From an uncultured Clostridiaceae bacterium (GTDB lineage Bacteria > Bacillota > Clostridia > TANB77 > CAG-508): 64,000 nt of DNA. The position numbers were made by a program, and so were the translations under genes. The stretch's first letter is position 1. Each line of letters begins with the position of its first letter. The stretch covers positions 1,738-65,737 of the forward strand of contig CAKNOI010000005.1 of the NCBI GenBank assembly GCA_930990125.1, in the 5' to 3' direction. Below, piece by piece: positions 39,952 to 49,869 of this stretch. Under the pieces are notes generated by a model. The model was not told the DNA's origin, did no database searches, and saw nothing but the letters and a program-made list of their open reading frames with translations.

Positions 39952-41497
39952 GATGGGGCGAACGCAAAAAGCATTTGTAAACGCATTAGCAGGAGTGGTT
40001 GGAAAGCTAATAACAACAATAGTAGTGTTCTTAGGAAGAACAGTATTTATTTATACATTAGGTGTAGAATATTTAGGAGCATCCTCACTATTTACTAGTA
40101 TTTTAACAATGCTATCATTAGCAGAACTGGGATTCTCTACAGCTATTACCTATAATTTATATAGGCCATTAGCAAAAGGAAACAAAAAGAAAACTGCAGC
40201 ATTTATGAACTTTTATAAAAAGGTATATAACATTATAGGTATTGTTATTTTTGTAGTGGGATTATTATTAATTCCTTTCCTAAAAGAAATTATAACAGAA
40301 GACATACCAGATATTAAAGAAAGCATTTATTTAATATATGTATTATACTTAGCTAACACTGCTATATCTTACTTTTTTGTGTATAGAGCTACTTTATTAG
40401 AAGCAAGCCAAAATAAGTATATTGTTTCTTTATCTCATACACTAGTATCTGTTATAAAAACAATTGCTAATTCTATTGCATTAATACTTACTAAAAATTT
40501 TATTTTATATCTATTAATAGAAATAGCATCTACATTATTATACAATTTTATTATTTCTGTCATTGCTAATAGAAAATATAAAGAAGTATTGCAAGACAAG
40601 GAAAGTAAACTAAAAACTAGAGAGAAAAAATTAGTATTTAATAATGTAAAAGCTATGTTTTTATACAAAGTATCTGATGTTATCTTAAATGGTACAGACA
40701 ATATTATTATTAGTAGATACTTAGGTACTACAACAGTAGGTATTTATTCTAATTATTATACTATTATCAACCAAGTATATGCTTTTGTACTACAAATTTT
40801 CCAAGCAACAACAGCTAGTATTGGAAACTTTGTTGTAGAAAGAAAAAAAGAAGAGCAGGAAACTGTTTTTAATAATATGATATTTTTATCTTTTGTTATT
40901 TATTTTATTTGCTCAGTTTTATTATTTAATTGTATTAATCCATTTATTACCCTATGGGTAGGAGAAGACTTTCTAATGGGGATTCCAGTAGTAATGGTAT
41001 TAGTTTTAAATTTTTATACTACAGGAATGATAAGCCCACTAACTTCTTTTAGAACTGCAAACGGATTGTTTATGCAGGGAAGATATAGACCTATTATTAT
41101 GGCAATTATTAATATTATAGTATCAATTATTTTAGTAAAGTGGATAGGAATTATTGGAGTATTTTTAGGTACAGTCATAGCAAGAGTTTCTACACAACTA
41201 TGGTATGATCCATGGCTTATCTATAAAAAAGTTTTTCATAAAAGTCCAAAAGCGTATTTTGCTAAATACATAGTGTATTTACTAATTACAGTATTAGGTT
41301 GTGCAATTGTTTATGGAATGGGACAACTAGTATCTATAGAAAATCTAATTTTAGTACTATTATGGAATATTGTGTTAAGTATTATCATAGTAACTTTCAT
41401 AATTGTATTGTTATTTAGAAAAACTCCGGAATTTGCCTATGTACAAAATATAGTAAAAAAAATAATAGGAAAAATTGCAAGAAAGGTACGAGGATAG
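39932..41497 (+). CDS. Wzx-type oligosaccharide flippase (MOP superfamily)
   Basis: About 14 TM helices, polysaccharide-biosynthesis-protein layout. The start is uncertain (ATG 39932 or 39953). Confidence 0.85.
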   Translation: MEERTSKMGRTQKAFVNALAGVVGKLITTIVVFLGRTVFIYTLGVEYLGASSLFTSILTMLSLAELGFSTAITYNLYRPLAKGNKKKTAAFMNFYKKVYNIIGIVIFVVGLLLIPFLKEIITEDIPDIKESIYLIYVLYLANTAISYFFVYRATLLEASQNKYIVSLSHTLVSVIKTIANSIALILTKNFILYLLIEIASTLLYNFIISVIANRKYKEVLQDKESKLKTREKKLVFNNVKAMFLYKVSDVILNGTDNIIISRYLGTTTVGIYSNYYTIINQVYAFVLQIFQATTASIGNFVVERKKEEQETVFNNMIFLSFVIYFICSVLLFNCINPFITLWVGEDFLMGIPVVMVLVLNFYTTGMISPLTSFRTANGLFMQGRYRPIIMAIINIIVSIILVKWIGIIGVFLGTVIARVSTQLWYDPWLIYKKVFHKSPKAYFAKYIVYLLITVLGCAIVYGMGQLVSIENLILVLLWNIVLSIIIVTFIIVLLFRKTPEFAYVQNIVKKIIGKIARKVRG

Positions 41498-41500
41498 AAT

Positions 41501-43819
41501 ATGAAAATTAGAATGATTACGTTTCATACTCCCATTAATTATGGAGCAGTATTGCAAGCATATGCCTTACAAACGTATTTAGAAACACAGTGTGAAGATG
41601 TAAAAATTATTAACTATAAAACAGATACACTTATTCAGAAATATAAATATTTTAAGAAAAATAACACACCAAGAAACATAATAGGAAATATAGTAAAACT
41701 AAAAGATTATTCCAAATATAAAACAAGAAAGAGAAAATTTGAAGAGTTTTCCAATACTTTTTATGACTTAACAGAACGTGTAACAGATAGAGAAGGATGT
41801 AGTAAAGAAGCAAGGAATGCTGACTTTGTTTTTACGGGCAGTGATCAGGTATTTAATCCAACAAGAAAATACCAAGAAGAGATTTCTACATTTTATTTAG
41901 ATTTTGATGTAGGAAAAGCCAAGAGAGTAGCTTATGCTCCTAGCTTTGGTGTTGGCAGTATACCTATAGGCAAAAGGGATATGGTAAAAAACTACTTAGA
42001 AAAATTTGATTATTTATCTGTAAGAGAGTTAAATGGTAAAGATATAGTAAAAAGCCTAATAGGAAAAGATCCTCTTTGTGTAGTAGACCCAGTTTTATTA
42101 TTACAAGAAAAACAGTGGGAAAGTATTGAAAAAAAAGTAGAAGTACCAGAAAATTATTTATTATGTTATCATTTATATAATTCTACGTTAGAAAAAGAAG
42201 TGGTAGAAAAAGTAGCCCAAAAGCTTGGTTTAAAAATAGTTTGTATTACACCTAGTATTTTTAGTCCTATTAAAAGTGATATTTGCTTTAAAGATGTAGG
42301 ACCAGAAGAGTTTGTTTATTTACTGAGACATGCTAGCTTTGTAGTTACAGACTCTTTCCATGGAGTGATTTTTTCCACATTATTTAAAAAGCAATTTTAT
42401 TTAACTGTTGCAAGTGAGTCTACAAAATCTAGAATGGTATCTTTCTTAAACAGGATGGGAATGGAAAAAAGGATTTGTATAGATAGTGATGATATAGATG
42501 AAGAACCAATTGATTATTCTATTGTCACTCCTCTTTTAAATAGAGAAATTGAATTATCAAAGCAATATATTACAGACTGTTTAAACGGACAAGATGTAAC
42601 AGTGTTAAAAAATGTAATAGAAGAAAAACCAATAAAAACAATAGAAGATATACAAAATTACTGTACTGGCTGTGGAACATGTATTGCTATTTGCCCAACA
42701 AATGCTATTACCATGCAAAAAAATAAAGAGGGATTTGAAGTACCGGTAATAGATAAAGAAAAATGTATTCAGTGTGGAAAATGTGTAAAAATGTGCCATG
42801 CAAATAAATATTCTAATACAAGAAATAATGCAAACATAGAAAAAGCCTTTTATGGAAGAATAAAAGATAATAAAGAGGTGTTAAATTATAGTAGTTCAGG
42901 TGGAATTTATTATGTATTAGCAAATAAAACCATAAAAGAAGGTGGCATTACATATGGAGCAGTTTTAAATAAGGAAAATTGGAAAGTAGAACATTTAAGT
43001 AGTGAAGAAAGTTCTTTAAAAGCCCAGATGAAGTCAAAGTATGTGCAAAGTAGTACTTATAAAGCATTTGCTAAAGTAAAAGAGGATTTAGAAAAGGGAA
43101 AGCAGGTATTATTTTGTGGAACGCCATGCCAAGTGGCAGGACTAAAAAAACTAGTAGGAGAAAGAGAAAATTTAATAACAATAGATTTTATTTGTCATGG
43201 AGTACCAAGTCCTGCAATTTTAAAAGATAAAATTGCTGAATTAGAAAAACAGTATCAGTCTAAAGTAAAAGAAATATTTTTTAGAACAAAATACAATAAC
43301 TGGTCTATGCAAAAGTTATTTGTAGAATTTGAAAATGGAAAAGTTTACTTTATGGATGCTAACAATGATGATTATTTTAGATTATTTTTAAATAATTACA
43401 TACTACGTACTTCTTGCTACCAATGTCAGTATTCAAATGAAAAACATGTTGCTGATATTACATTAGCAGATTATTGGGGAATTAAACAATTTAGTCCAGA
43501 GGAAAATGATGAAAAAGGTATGTCTTTAATATTAATAAATACTGCAAAAGGACAAGCATTGTTAGATAGTATTGCAGAACAGTTAGAAATGAAGCCTTTA
43601 CCATTAGAAAAAGCAAGATATGTATATAAATCACATGATACTTATTCAGAAAGCAAAAGAACAGTATTTTTTAAAGAATATATAAAAAATGGATATACAG
43701 CAGCAGTAAATAAGTTATATCCAAAAGATAAGCTGAAAGTTAAAATCATCAAAGAACTAAGAAAACGCCAATATCAAAAAATAGCAAAACAAATAGAAAA
43801 AAATAAGGGAGGATTTTAG
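41501..43819 (+). CDS. fusion protein: polysaccharide pyruvyl transferase domain + 2x[4Fe-4S] ferredoxin + coenzyme F420 hydrogenase/dehydrogenase beta (FrhB)-like domain
   Basis: N-terminal ~375 aa: ITFHTPINYGAVLQAYALQ..., GSDQVFNP, TDSFHG (PF04230-like). Then CTGCGTCIAICP and CIQCGKCVKMC. Then SSGGIYYVLA..., FCGTPCQVAGLKKL, DFICHGVPSP (FrhB_FdhB-like). Confidence 0.8.
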   Translation: MKIRMITFHTPINYGAVLQAYALQTYLETQCEDVKIINYKTDTLIQKYKYFKKNNTPRNIIGNIVKLKDYSKYKTRKRKFEEFSNTFYDLTERVTDREGCSKEARNADFVFTGSDQVFNPTRKYQEEISTFYLDFDVGKAKRVAYAPSFGVGSIPIGKRDMVKNYLEKFDYLSVRELNGKDIVKSLIGKDPLCVVDPVLLLQEKQWESIEKKVEVPENYLLCYHLYNSTLEKEVVEKVAQKLGLKIVCITPSIFSPIKSDICFKDVGPEEFVYLLRHASFVVTDSFHGVIFSTLFKKQFYLTVASESTKSRMVSFLNRMGMEKRICIDSDDIDEEPIDYSIVTPLLNREIELSKQYITDCLNGQDVTVLKNVIEEKPIKTIEDIQNYCTGCGTCIAICPTNAITMQKNKEGFEVPVIDKEKCIQCGKCVKMCHANKYSNTRNNANIEKAFYGRIKDNKEVLNYSSSGGIYYVLANKTIKEGGITYGAVLNKENWKVEHLSSEESSLKAQMKSKYVQSSTYKAFAKVKEDLEKGKQVLFCGTPCQVAGLKKLVGERENLITIDFICHGVPSPAILKDKIAELEKQYQSKVKEIFFRTKYNNWSMQKLFVEFENGKVYFMDANNDDYFRLFLNNYILRTSCYQCQYSNEKHVADITLADYWGIKQFSPEENDEKGMSLILINTAKGQALLDSIAEQLEMKPLPLEKARYVYKSHDTYSESKRTVFFKEYIKNGYTAAVNKLYPKDKLKVKIIKELRKRQYQKIAKQIEKNKGGF

Positions 43820-43820
43820 T

Positions 43821-45131
43821 ATGAATTTAGTAGTTGCGGGAACAGGATATGTAGGTTTAGTAACAGCAGTATGTTTGGCAGAAAAAGGACATAAGGTTAC
43901 CTGTGTTGATGTTGATGAAAAAAAGATAAACTTAATGAGAGAGGGAAAATCTCCTATCTATGAAGAAGGACTAGAAGAATTAATGCATAAAAATAAAGAA
44001 AAATTACATTATACTACAGAAAGTGGAAAAGCTTATCAAAATGCAGATGTTATTTTTATAGGAGTAGGTACCCCAGAAAAAAAAGATGGAAGTGCTAATT
44101 TAAAATATGTCTATGATGTTGCTAAAGAGATAGCACAAAATATTCAAAAAGATACTTATGTAGTAATAAAATCTACTGTTCCTATTGGAACAAATAAGAA
44201 AATAGAAAAATATATTAACGCCAATACTACAAATGGACATACAGTAGAAATTATTTCTAATCCAGAGTTTTTATCTCAAGGAACAGCTGTACGAGATACT
44301 TTACATGCACAAAGAATTGTATTAGGTGCTAACACAGAAAAAGCTATTCAAGTAATGAAACAAGTATATGACCAATTTGGAATAGAATATGTTATTACTA
44401 ATAGAGAAAGTGCAGAAATGATTAAATATGCGTCTAATGACTTTTTAGCATTAAAAATATCTTATATCAATGAAATTGCTAACTTATGTGAAGTAGTAGG
44501 GGCAGATATAACAGATGTAGCAAAAGGAATGGGATTGGATAGCAGGATAGGAAACAAATTTTTAAATGCAGGAATTGGATATGGAGGTTCTTGTTTCCCA
44601 AAAGATACTAAAGCTCTACATTGGCTAGGAAATTATTATGATTATGAATTAAAAACTGTAAAAGCTGCCATAGAAGTAAATGAAAACCAAAAAATAAAAT
44701 TAATAAAAAAAGCAAGAAAATATTATGAAACCTTTGAAGGATTAAATGTAGCGGTTCTTGGACTAGCATTTAAACCAAATACAGATGACTTAAGAGAAGC
44801 TCCTTCTTTAGATTGTATGCCAATACTATTAGAAGATGGAGCACATATTAAAGCATATGATCCTGTTGCACAAGCAAATTACAAGAAAATTTATCCTACA
44901 GAAATAGAATATTGTAACTCCATAGAAGACACCTTAAAAGATGCTGATATTTGCTTTATTTTTACAGAATGGGATTTTGTAAAAAACATGGATACAAGTT
45001 TATTTGTAAAATACATGAAAAAACCTATTATATTAGATGGAAGAAATTGCTTTGCTATTGATAAAATGGAAAAAGAAAAATTAATTTATGAATCCATAGG
45101 AAGAAAAGCAGTAACGAATTTATCATGCTAA
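43821..45131 (+). CDS. ugd: UDP-glucose 6-dehydrogenase
   Basis: VAGTGYVGLVTAVCLA, NPEFL, GYGGSCFPKD (catalytic Cys), AFKPNTDDLREAPS. Confidence 0.92.
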   Translation: MNLVVAGTGYVGLVTAVCLAEKGHKVTCVDVDEKKINLMREGKSPIYEEGLEELMHKNKEKLHYTTESGKAYQNADVIFIGVGTPEKKDGSANLKYVYDVAKEIAQNIQKDTYVVIKSTVPIGTNKKIEKYINANTTNGHTVEIISNPEFLSQGTAVRDTLHAQRIVLGANTEKAIQVMKQVYDQFGIEYVITNRESAEMIKYASNDFLALKISYINEIANLCEVVGADITDVAKGMGLDSRIGNKFLNAGIGYGGSCFPKDTKALHWLGNYYDYELKTVKAAIEVNENQKIKLIKKARKYYETFEGLNVAVLGLAFKPNTDDLREAPSLDCMPILLEDGAHIKAYDPVAQANYKKIYPTEIEYCNSIEDTLKDADICFIFTEWDFVKNMDTSLFVKYMKKPIILDGRNCFAIDKMEKEKLIYESIGRKAVTNLSC

Positions 45132-45143
45132 GGATGTGAAAAA

Positions 45144-46409
45144 ATGATTCATATTTCAAGATCAAAAATAGAAGAAAAAGAAAAATACACTTATTTAACT
45201 GCAACAGTAGAAATGCCAAAAGAAGCGACAGATGCATGGAAAAAATTTGCACTACAATGCCCATCCTATACGTATATTAAAGAAGATTATGCATTGCCAG
45301 ATAATAAAATGGATATTTGGTATCGTGTAGATAAAGAGTATGGGAAATATTTATGTGATGATAGAAATGATGGATTTGTGTTAGCATTAATACATTATGC
45401 AATGGCTACAGGGCAAGATATTGTTTCTGAGCTTCCTATTTCACAAAAATTACTATTTCAGTTAAATTATATTTTAATTCCAACCTTTTGTAACAGGTAC
45501 AGTGGATTTAAAAGAATATTTGTACAAGCGAATGGAACAAAGGACATCTATGTAACAGAAGGAAAAGTAGGAACAGGGATGTCTTGTGGTATTGATTCTC
45601 TTTATACAGTATATTCTGTTAATCAAGACTACATTGATACGGAATATCATATTAATTGTTTAACATTTTTAGATACAGGTGCATCACATTATATACCACA
45701 TGTTTCTTCTAATACTCCACTAGAAGAGATTAACAAAGTGGCAAATAAAATACATGAACACAAAATAGAAAAAGCAAGAGAAGTAGCAACGGAATTGGGA
45801 GTACCCTTATTAGAAGTTAGGTCTAATTTAAGTGATTTATATCAAGGAACATTTGGACCAGGAAATTTGTATAGAAATATGTCCTGCATATTAAATTTAC
45901 AAAAATATTTTGGAAAATATTATTATTCTTCTGCGGGGTATCCAATAGACGATTTTCATTGTGACTTGAATATAGATCCGGCAAATGCAGAACAATTAGT
46001 AACTCCATTATTTTCTACCAATAGTTTGGAGGTTATATCCGGAGGAATTTCAAGACCAAGATTTGTAAAGACAGTAGAATTAGCAGAAGACAAAATCTCA
46101 CAAAAATATTTAAATGTATGTAATTTAGATAAAAACTGTGGACATTGTCCAAAATGTTACCGAACATTAATTACACTAGAGATATTAGGAAAATTAGAAG
46201 AATTTTCAGGATGTTTTGATATAGAAGCCTATCGAAAAAATAGAAACCCAGCTTATTTTTGGCTAGTACTAAATAGAAAGAAAGAACATTTTGCTATCGA
46301 TATTTATAAAGCTGCAAAAGAAAAAAAATTAGTACCAAAATCAATGGAACTAAAGGGAAGAATATTGGGACCACTAATTCATTTAAAACATAAATGGAAA
46401 CAGAGATAG
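45144..46409 (+). CDS. hypothetical protein with degenerate PP-loop-like motif and C-terminal Cys cluster
   Basis: 421 aa. GTGMSCGIDSLYTV (compare SGGxDS of PP-loop ATP pyrophosphatases) at about nt 45582-45599. NVCNLDKNCGHCPKCYRTL near the C-terminus. Confidence 0.6.
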   Translation: MIHISRSKIEEKEKYTYLTATVEMPKEATDAWKKFALQCPSYTYIKEDYALPDNKMDIWYRVDKEYGKYLCDDRNDGFVLALIHYAMATGQDIVSELPISQKLLFQLNYILIPTFCNRYSGFKRIFVQANGTKDIYVTEGKVGTGMSCGIDSLYTVYSVNQDYIDTEYHINCLTFLDTGASHYIPHVSSNTPLEEINKVANKIHEHKIEKAREVATELGVPLLEVRSNLSDLYQGTFGPGNLYRNMSCILNLQKYFGKYYYSSAGYPIDDFHCDLNIDPANAEQLVTPLFSTNSLEVISGGISRPRFVKTVELAEDKISQKYLNVCNLDKNCGHCPKCYRTLITLEILGKLEEFSGCFDIEAYRKNRNPAYFWLVLNRKKEHFAIDIYKAAKEKKLVPKSMELKGRILGPLIHLKHKWKQR

Positions 46410-47812
46410 TATCTGGAAAAGAGAGAAGGAGAAAAACGATAAGAACGCTAAAACCGTTGATACTGTACACACACAATTTTAAAGAATTAAAAACACATCT
46501 TGTAGATCCATATCAATTGCTATCAAATCTCAAAAATAAAATAAAAAAAGAATAGAAATTAGCTTTTATTGCAACAGTCTTAATAGGAATATTGGTGCAT
46601 TTATTTGCTATTACAAATATATTGCCAAATCATGACGGCATTAATAATATATTTGCTACACAAGATAATGTGAAATTAGGAAGATAGTTATATGATTGCT
46701 TTACTGTTAGCTACGGTTTCTGTATTATTAGCCAATAGATATAAGTATGGTTTTTTAATAGGCTCTTTTTGTGTTTGTTTGTCTTTATCAAGCTTATATA
46801 TCTGTAACCATCATACTCTGCATTTTGCAAATATTAGATAAACTTACTACTAAGGCTACTACGAAAGAAATAATGTTACAAATAGGCAAATATATTGCTA
46901 TGGGAGTAATAGGATTTGTTTCCTACTATATCATTTTAGAAATAGTACTACATGTTAGAAACTTAGAATTGTCTTCCTATCAAGGAATCAATAGTCTTTC
47001 TAATTTATCTATTGAAAACCTTTTACAAGGAGTAAAACAGGTATATAATGACTTTATCAGCTTTATCTATCAGACAAGATTTCATAAAAATAATATTTTG
47101 GTCTTTGTTTCTAACATTATCGTAGCTTTTATATTAGTATATTTGTATGTTAAGAAATATAGATATCAAAGATCTTATAAGAAAATAATAAATAATATTT
47201 TGTTAATTGTGTTAATATTAGTCGTGCCAATAGGACTAAATATTATTAGTTTATTATCTGCAGAAACAGAATATCATTTATTAATGCAATATGCATGGTG
47301 CTTATGCTACATTTATTGTATAGCATTATTGGATAAAGCAAATATAAAATCCAATATCATTAAATGGTTTAGGTATACTTGCTACTTTATGCATTATAGG
47401 GAATTACATTATAGTAGATAATATTGCTTATTTTAATTTATACTATAAATTTGAAAAATCCTATCCTATAGCATTCAAATTAAGTGAACGAATAGAAAAT
47501 TATGAAGGATACAATCAAGATATGCCTATAGCTATCATAGGAAGACCAGATAAGGAAAAATACCCGTCTACCAATGTTGCAGATAAAGTTATTCAAAACA
47601 TTACAGGTGCTAATAGAAACTTAATGGCTAGTGATAGTAAACATTATCAAAGTATTTTTTCTAACTACTTAAACATGAAAATTAAAATAGCAAGCAATGA
47701 GCAAATAGAGGCTATTCAAGAGACAGAAGAATTTCAAAATATGCCAACATATCCGGAAGAAGAATCCATTGCAGTTATTAATGAGGTTTTAGTAATTAAA
47801 TTGTCGGATTAA
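46394..47812 (+). pseudogene. decayed GtrII-like (Glucos_trans_II/PF14264-type) membrane glycosyltransferase gene
   Basis: Colinear fragments in three frames. METEIVSG...KIKKE stops at TAG 46553, then KLAFIATVLIGILVHLFAITNILPNHDGINNIFATQDNVKLGR stops at TAG 46685. Next come MIALLLATVSVLLANRYKYGFLIGSF, then a shift to YQAYISVTIILCI...(46771-47421), then a shift to ...IVDNIAYFNLYYKFEKSYPIAFKLSERIENY...VIKLSD* (ends 47812). Confidence 0.7.
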
Positions 47813-47857
47813 AATAAATCCACTTTAAATTTCCAGTTAGAAATATAGCATATCTTG

Positions 47858-47886
47858 TTGCAAAAATAAAAAACATGCGATATAAT
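47858..47886 (+). promoter_or_regulatory. consensus sigma-A promoter internal to the polysaccharide locus
   Basis: TTGCAA (47858-47863), 17-nt spacer, TATAAT (47881-47886). Confidence 0.6.
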
Positions 47887-47919
47887 TAAAGAGATTTTAG
47901 GAACAAGGGGAAATTTAAA

Positions 47920-49812
47920 GTGGATAATAAAAACGAAAAAGACATAAAAGTAGAAAAAAAATCATATCGAAAACTCAGAAAAATATTGCTAGCACTAATA
48001 GATATTTTAGCAATTGCCGTTAGTTACTATTTAACGCAAGTTTTTTTAAATAATACTTTTTGGAACTTTGATGTAGCAACATTACAGGCTATGTTCAATT
48101 CTGTATTGCTTTCTGTCTTAGTTTATGAAATTTTCTTAAATTTGTTTGATGTTTATAAAAATATTACAGTATATGAAAGCAGCAAAGAGTATTTTTCTTA
48201 TGGACTAGCATGTTTAATATCTTGTGACGTTGTCTCTATGCTGGGTATTATCTTTAACCTTAATATCTTAAGTGCAAAAGAGAATTTATTAGCTGGTATA
48301 TTTACAGGTATTATTATCATTTCTTATCGTGTGGTTATTCGTTTTATTTTAACCAATAGTATTACGGTAAATAAAAATGAAGAAAAAAGAAGGAACCTAC
48401 TTATCATAGGTGGAGGAGCTGCTACTAGAGATATTATTAAAAAAATTAAAGAATCTATGCAAGATAGTTATTATGTTGTAGGAATTATTGATGATGATAA
48501 AAGTAAATTAAACTGCAGTATTCAAGGAGTAAAAATTTTAGGAACGAGAAACAACATTGTAGAAGTTGCTAAAAAATATGATGTGGATGTTATTTTCTTC
48601 TCTATTTCTAGCATCAATCCAAAGGATAAAAAGGACATTCTAAATATTTGTCAAAATACAGGAGCAAAATTAAGAATTTTACCAAGTACAGAAGATCTTA
48701 TTAAAAATAAAAACATTATGGAAAACCTTAGAGATGTGGAAATTGAAGACATTTTAGGTAGAGATCCAATCGTACTAGATAATAATAATATTTCTAACTT
48801 AATAGAAGGACATGTTGTCATGGTAACAGGTGGCGGTGGTTCTATTGGTTCTGAACTTTGTAGACAAATTATGAAATATAATCCTAAAGAATTAGTTATT
48901 GTAGACATCTATGAGAACAATTTATATGATATCGAATTAGAATTAAAAGCAAAATATAAAAATATAAAAATAGATGCTATTGTCGCAAGTGTTCGAGATA
49001 AAAAGAAATTAGATAATTTATTTGCTACCTATCGTCCATATTTGGTATTTCATGCAGCAGCACATAAGCATGTTCCATTAATGGAAACAAGCCCATTAGA
49101 AGCAATAAAGAACAATGTATTTGGAACATACAATGTTGTAAATTGCTGTGATAAATACAAAGTAAAAAGATTTGTACTAATTTCCACAGATAAAGCAGTA
49201 AATCCAACAAACATTATGGGCGCTAGCAAGAGAATGTGTGAAATGATTGTACAAGCCAAAGATAGAGAAAGCGAGACAGAATTTGCAGCAGTAAGATTTG
49301 GTAATGTATTAGGAAGCAATGGTTCTGTAGTGCCACTATTTAAGAAACAAATAGCAGCAGGAGGACCAGTAACCGTAACACATAAAGAAATTACAAGATT
49401 CTTTATGACCATTCCAGAAGCAGTACAGCTTGTATTGCAAGCTGTTACCTATGCAAAAGGTGGAGAGATATTTGTATTAGACATGGGAGAGCCTGTTAAA
49501 ATATATGATTTGGCTGTTAGCTTAATTAAATTATCTGGACTAGAGCCAAATGTAGATATTCCAATAGAAATTACAGGATTAAGACCGGGGGAAAAACTAT
49601 ACGAAGAACTATTAATGTCAGAAGAAGGATTACAAAAAACAGCACATAATAAGATCTTTATTGCGGAGCCTTTAGATATTAATATGGAACAAATCACACA
49701 AAAATTAGACGTATTACATGAAATGATACAAGATGAAGCTATACCAATGAAAGAAATAAAACATATCATAAAAGAAGTAGTACCAACCTATAAAGAAGAA
49801 ACATCTCATTAA
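47920..49812 (+). CDS. membrane-anchored NDP-sugar 4,6-dehydratase (CapD/PglF/EpsC family)
   Basis: 4 N-terminal TM helices, IIGGGAATRD, VTGGGGSIGSEL Rossmann motif, MGASKRMCE (YxxxK-equivalent region). GTG start behind AAGGGGA. Confidence 0.9.
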   Translation: MDNKNEKDIKVEKKSYRKLRKILLALIDILAIAVSYYLTQVFLNNTFWNFDVATLQAMFNSVLLSVLVYEIFLNLFDVYKNITVYESSKEYFSYGLACLISCDVVSMLGIIFNLNILSAKENLLAGIFTGIIIISYRVVIRFILTNSITVNKNEEKRRNLLIIGGGAATRDIIKKIKESMQDSYYVVGIIDDDKSKLNCSIQGVKILGTRNNIVEVAKKYDVDVIFFSISSINPKDKKDILNICQNTGAKLRILPSTEDLIKNKNIMENLRDVEIEDILGRDPIVLDNNNISNLIEGHVVMVTGGGGSIGSELCRQIMKYNPKELVIVDIYENNLYDIELELKAKYKNIKIDAIVASVRDKKKLDNLFATYRPYLVFHAAAHKHVPLMETSPLEAIKNNVFGTYNVVNCCDKYKVKRFVLISTDKAVNPTNIMGASKRMCEMIVQAKDRESETEFAAVRFGNVLGSNGSVVPLFKKQIAAGGPVTVTHKEITRFFMTIPEAVQLVLQAVTYAKGGEIFVLDMGEPVKIYDLAVSLIKLSGLEPNVDIPIEITGLRPGEKLYEELLMSEEGLQKTAHNKIFIAEPLDINMEQITQKLDVLHEMIQDEAIPMKEIKHIIKEVVPTYKEETSH

Positions 49813-49869
49813 GAAGAAAGGCAATATGATGGTGTTTAAGATAAAGAAATCATATTGATAAGAAGAAAA

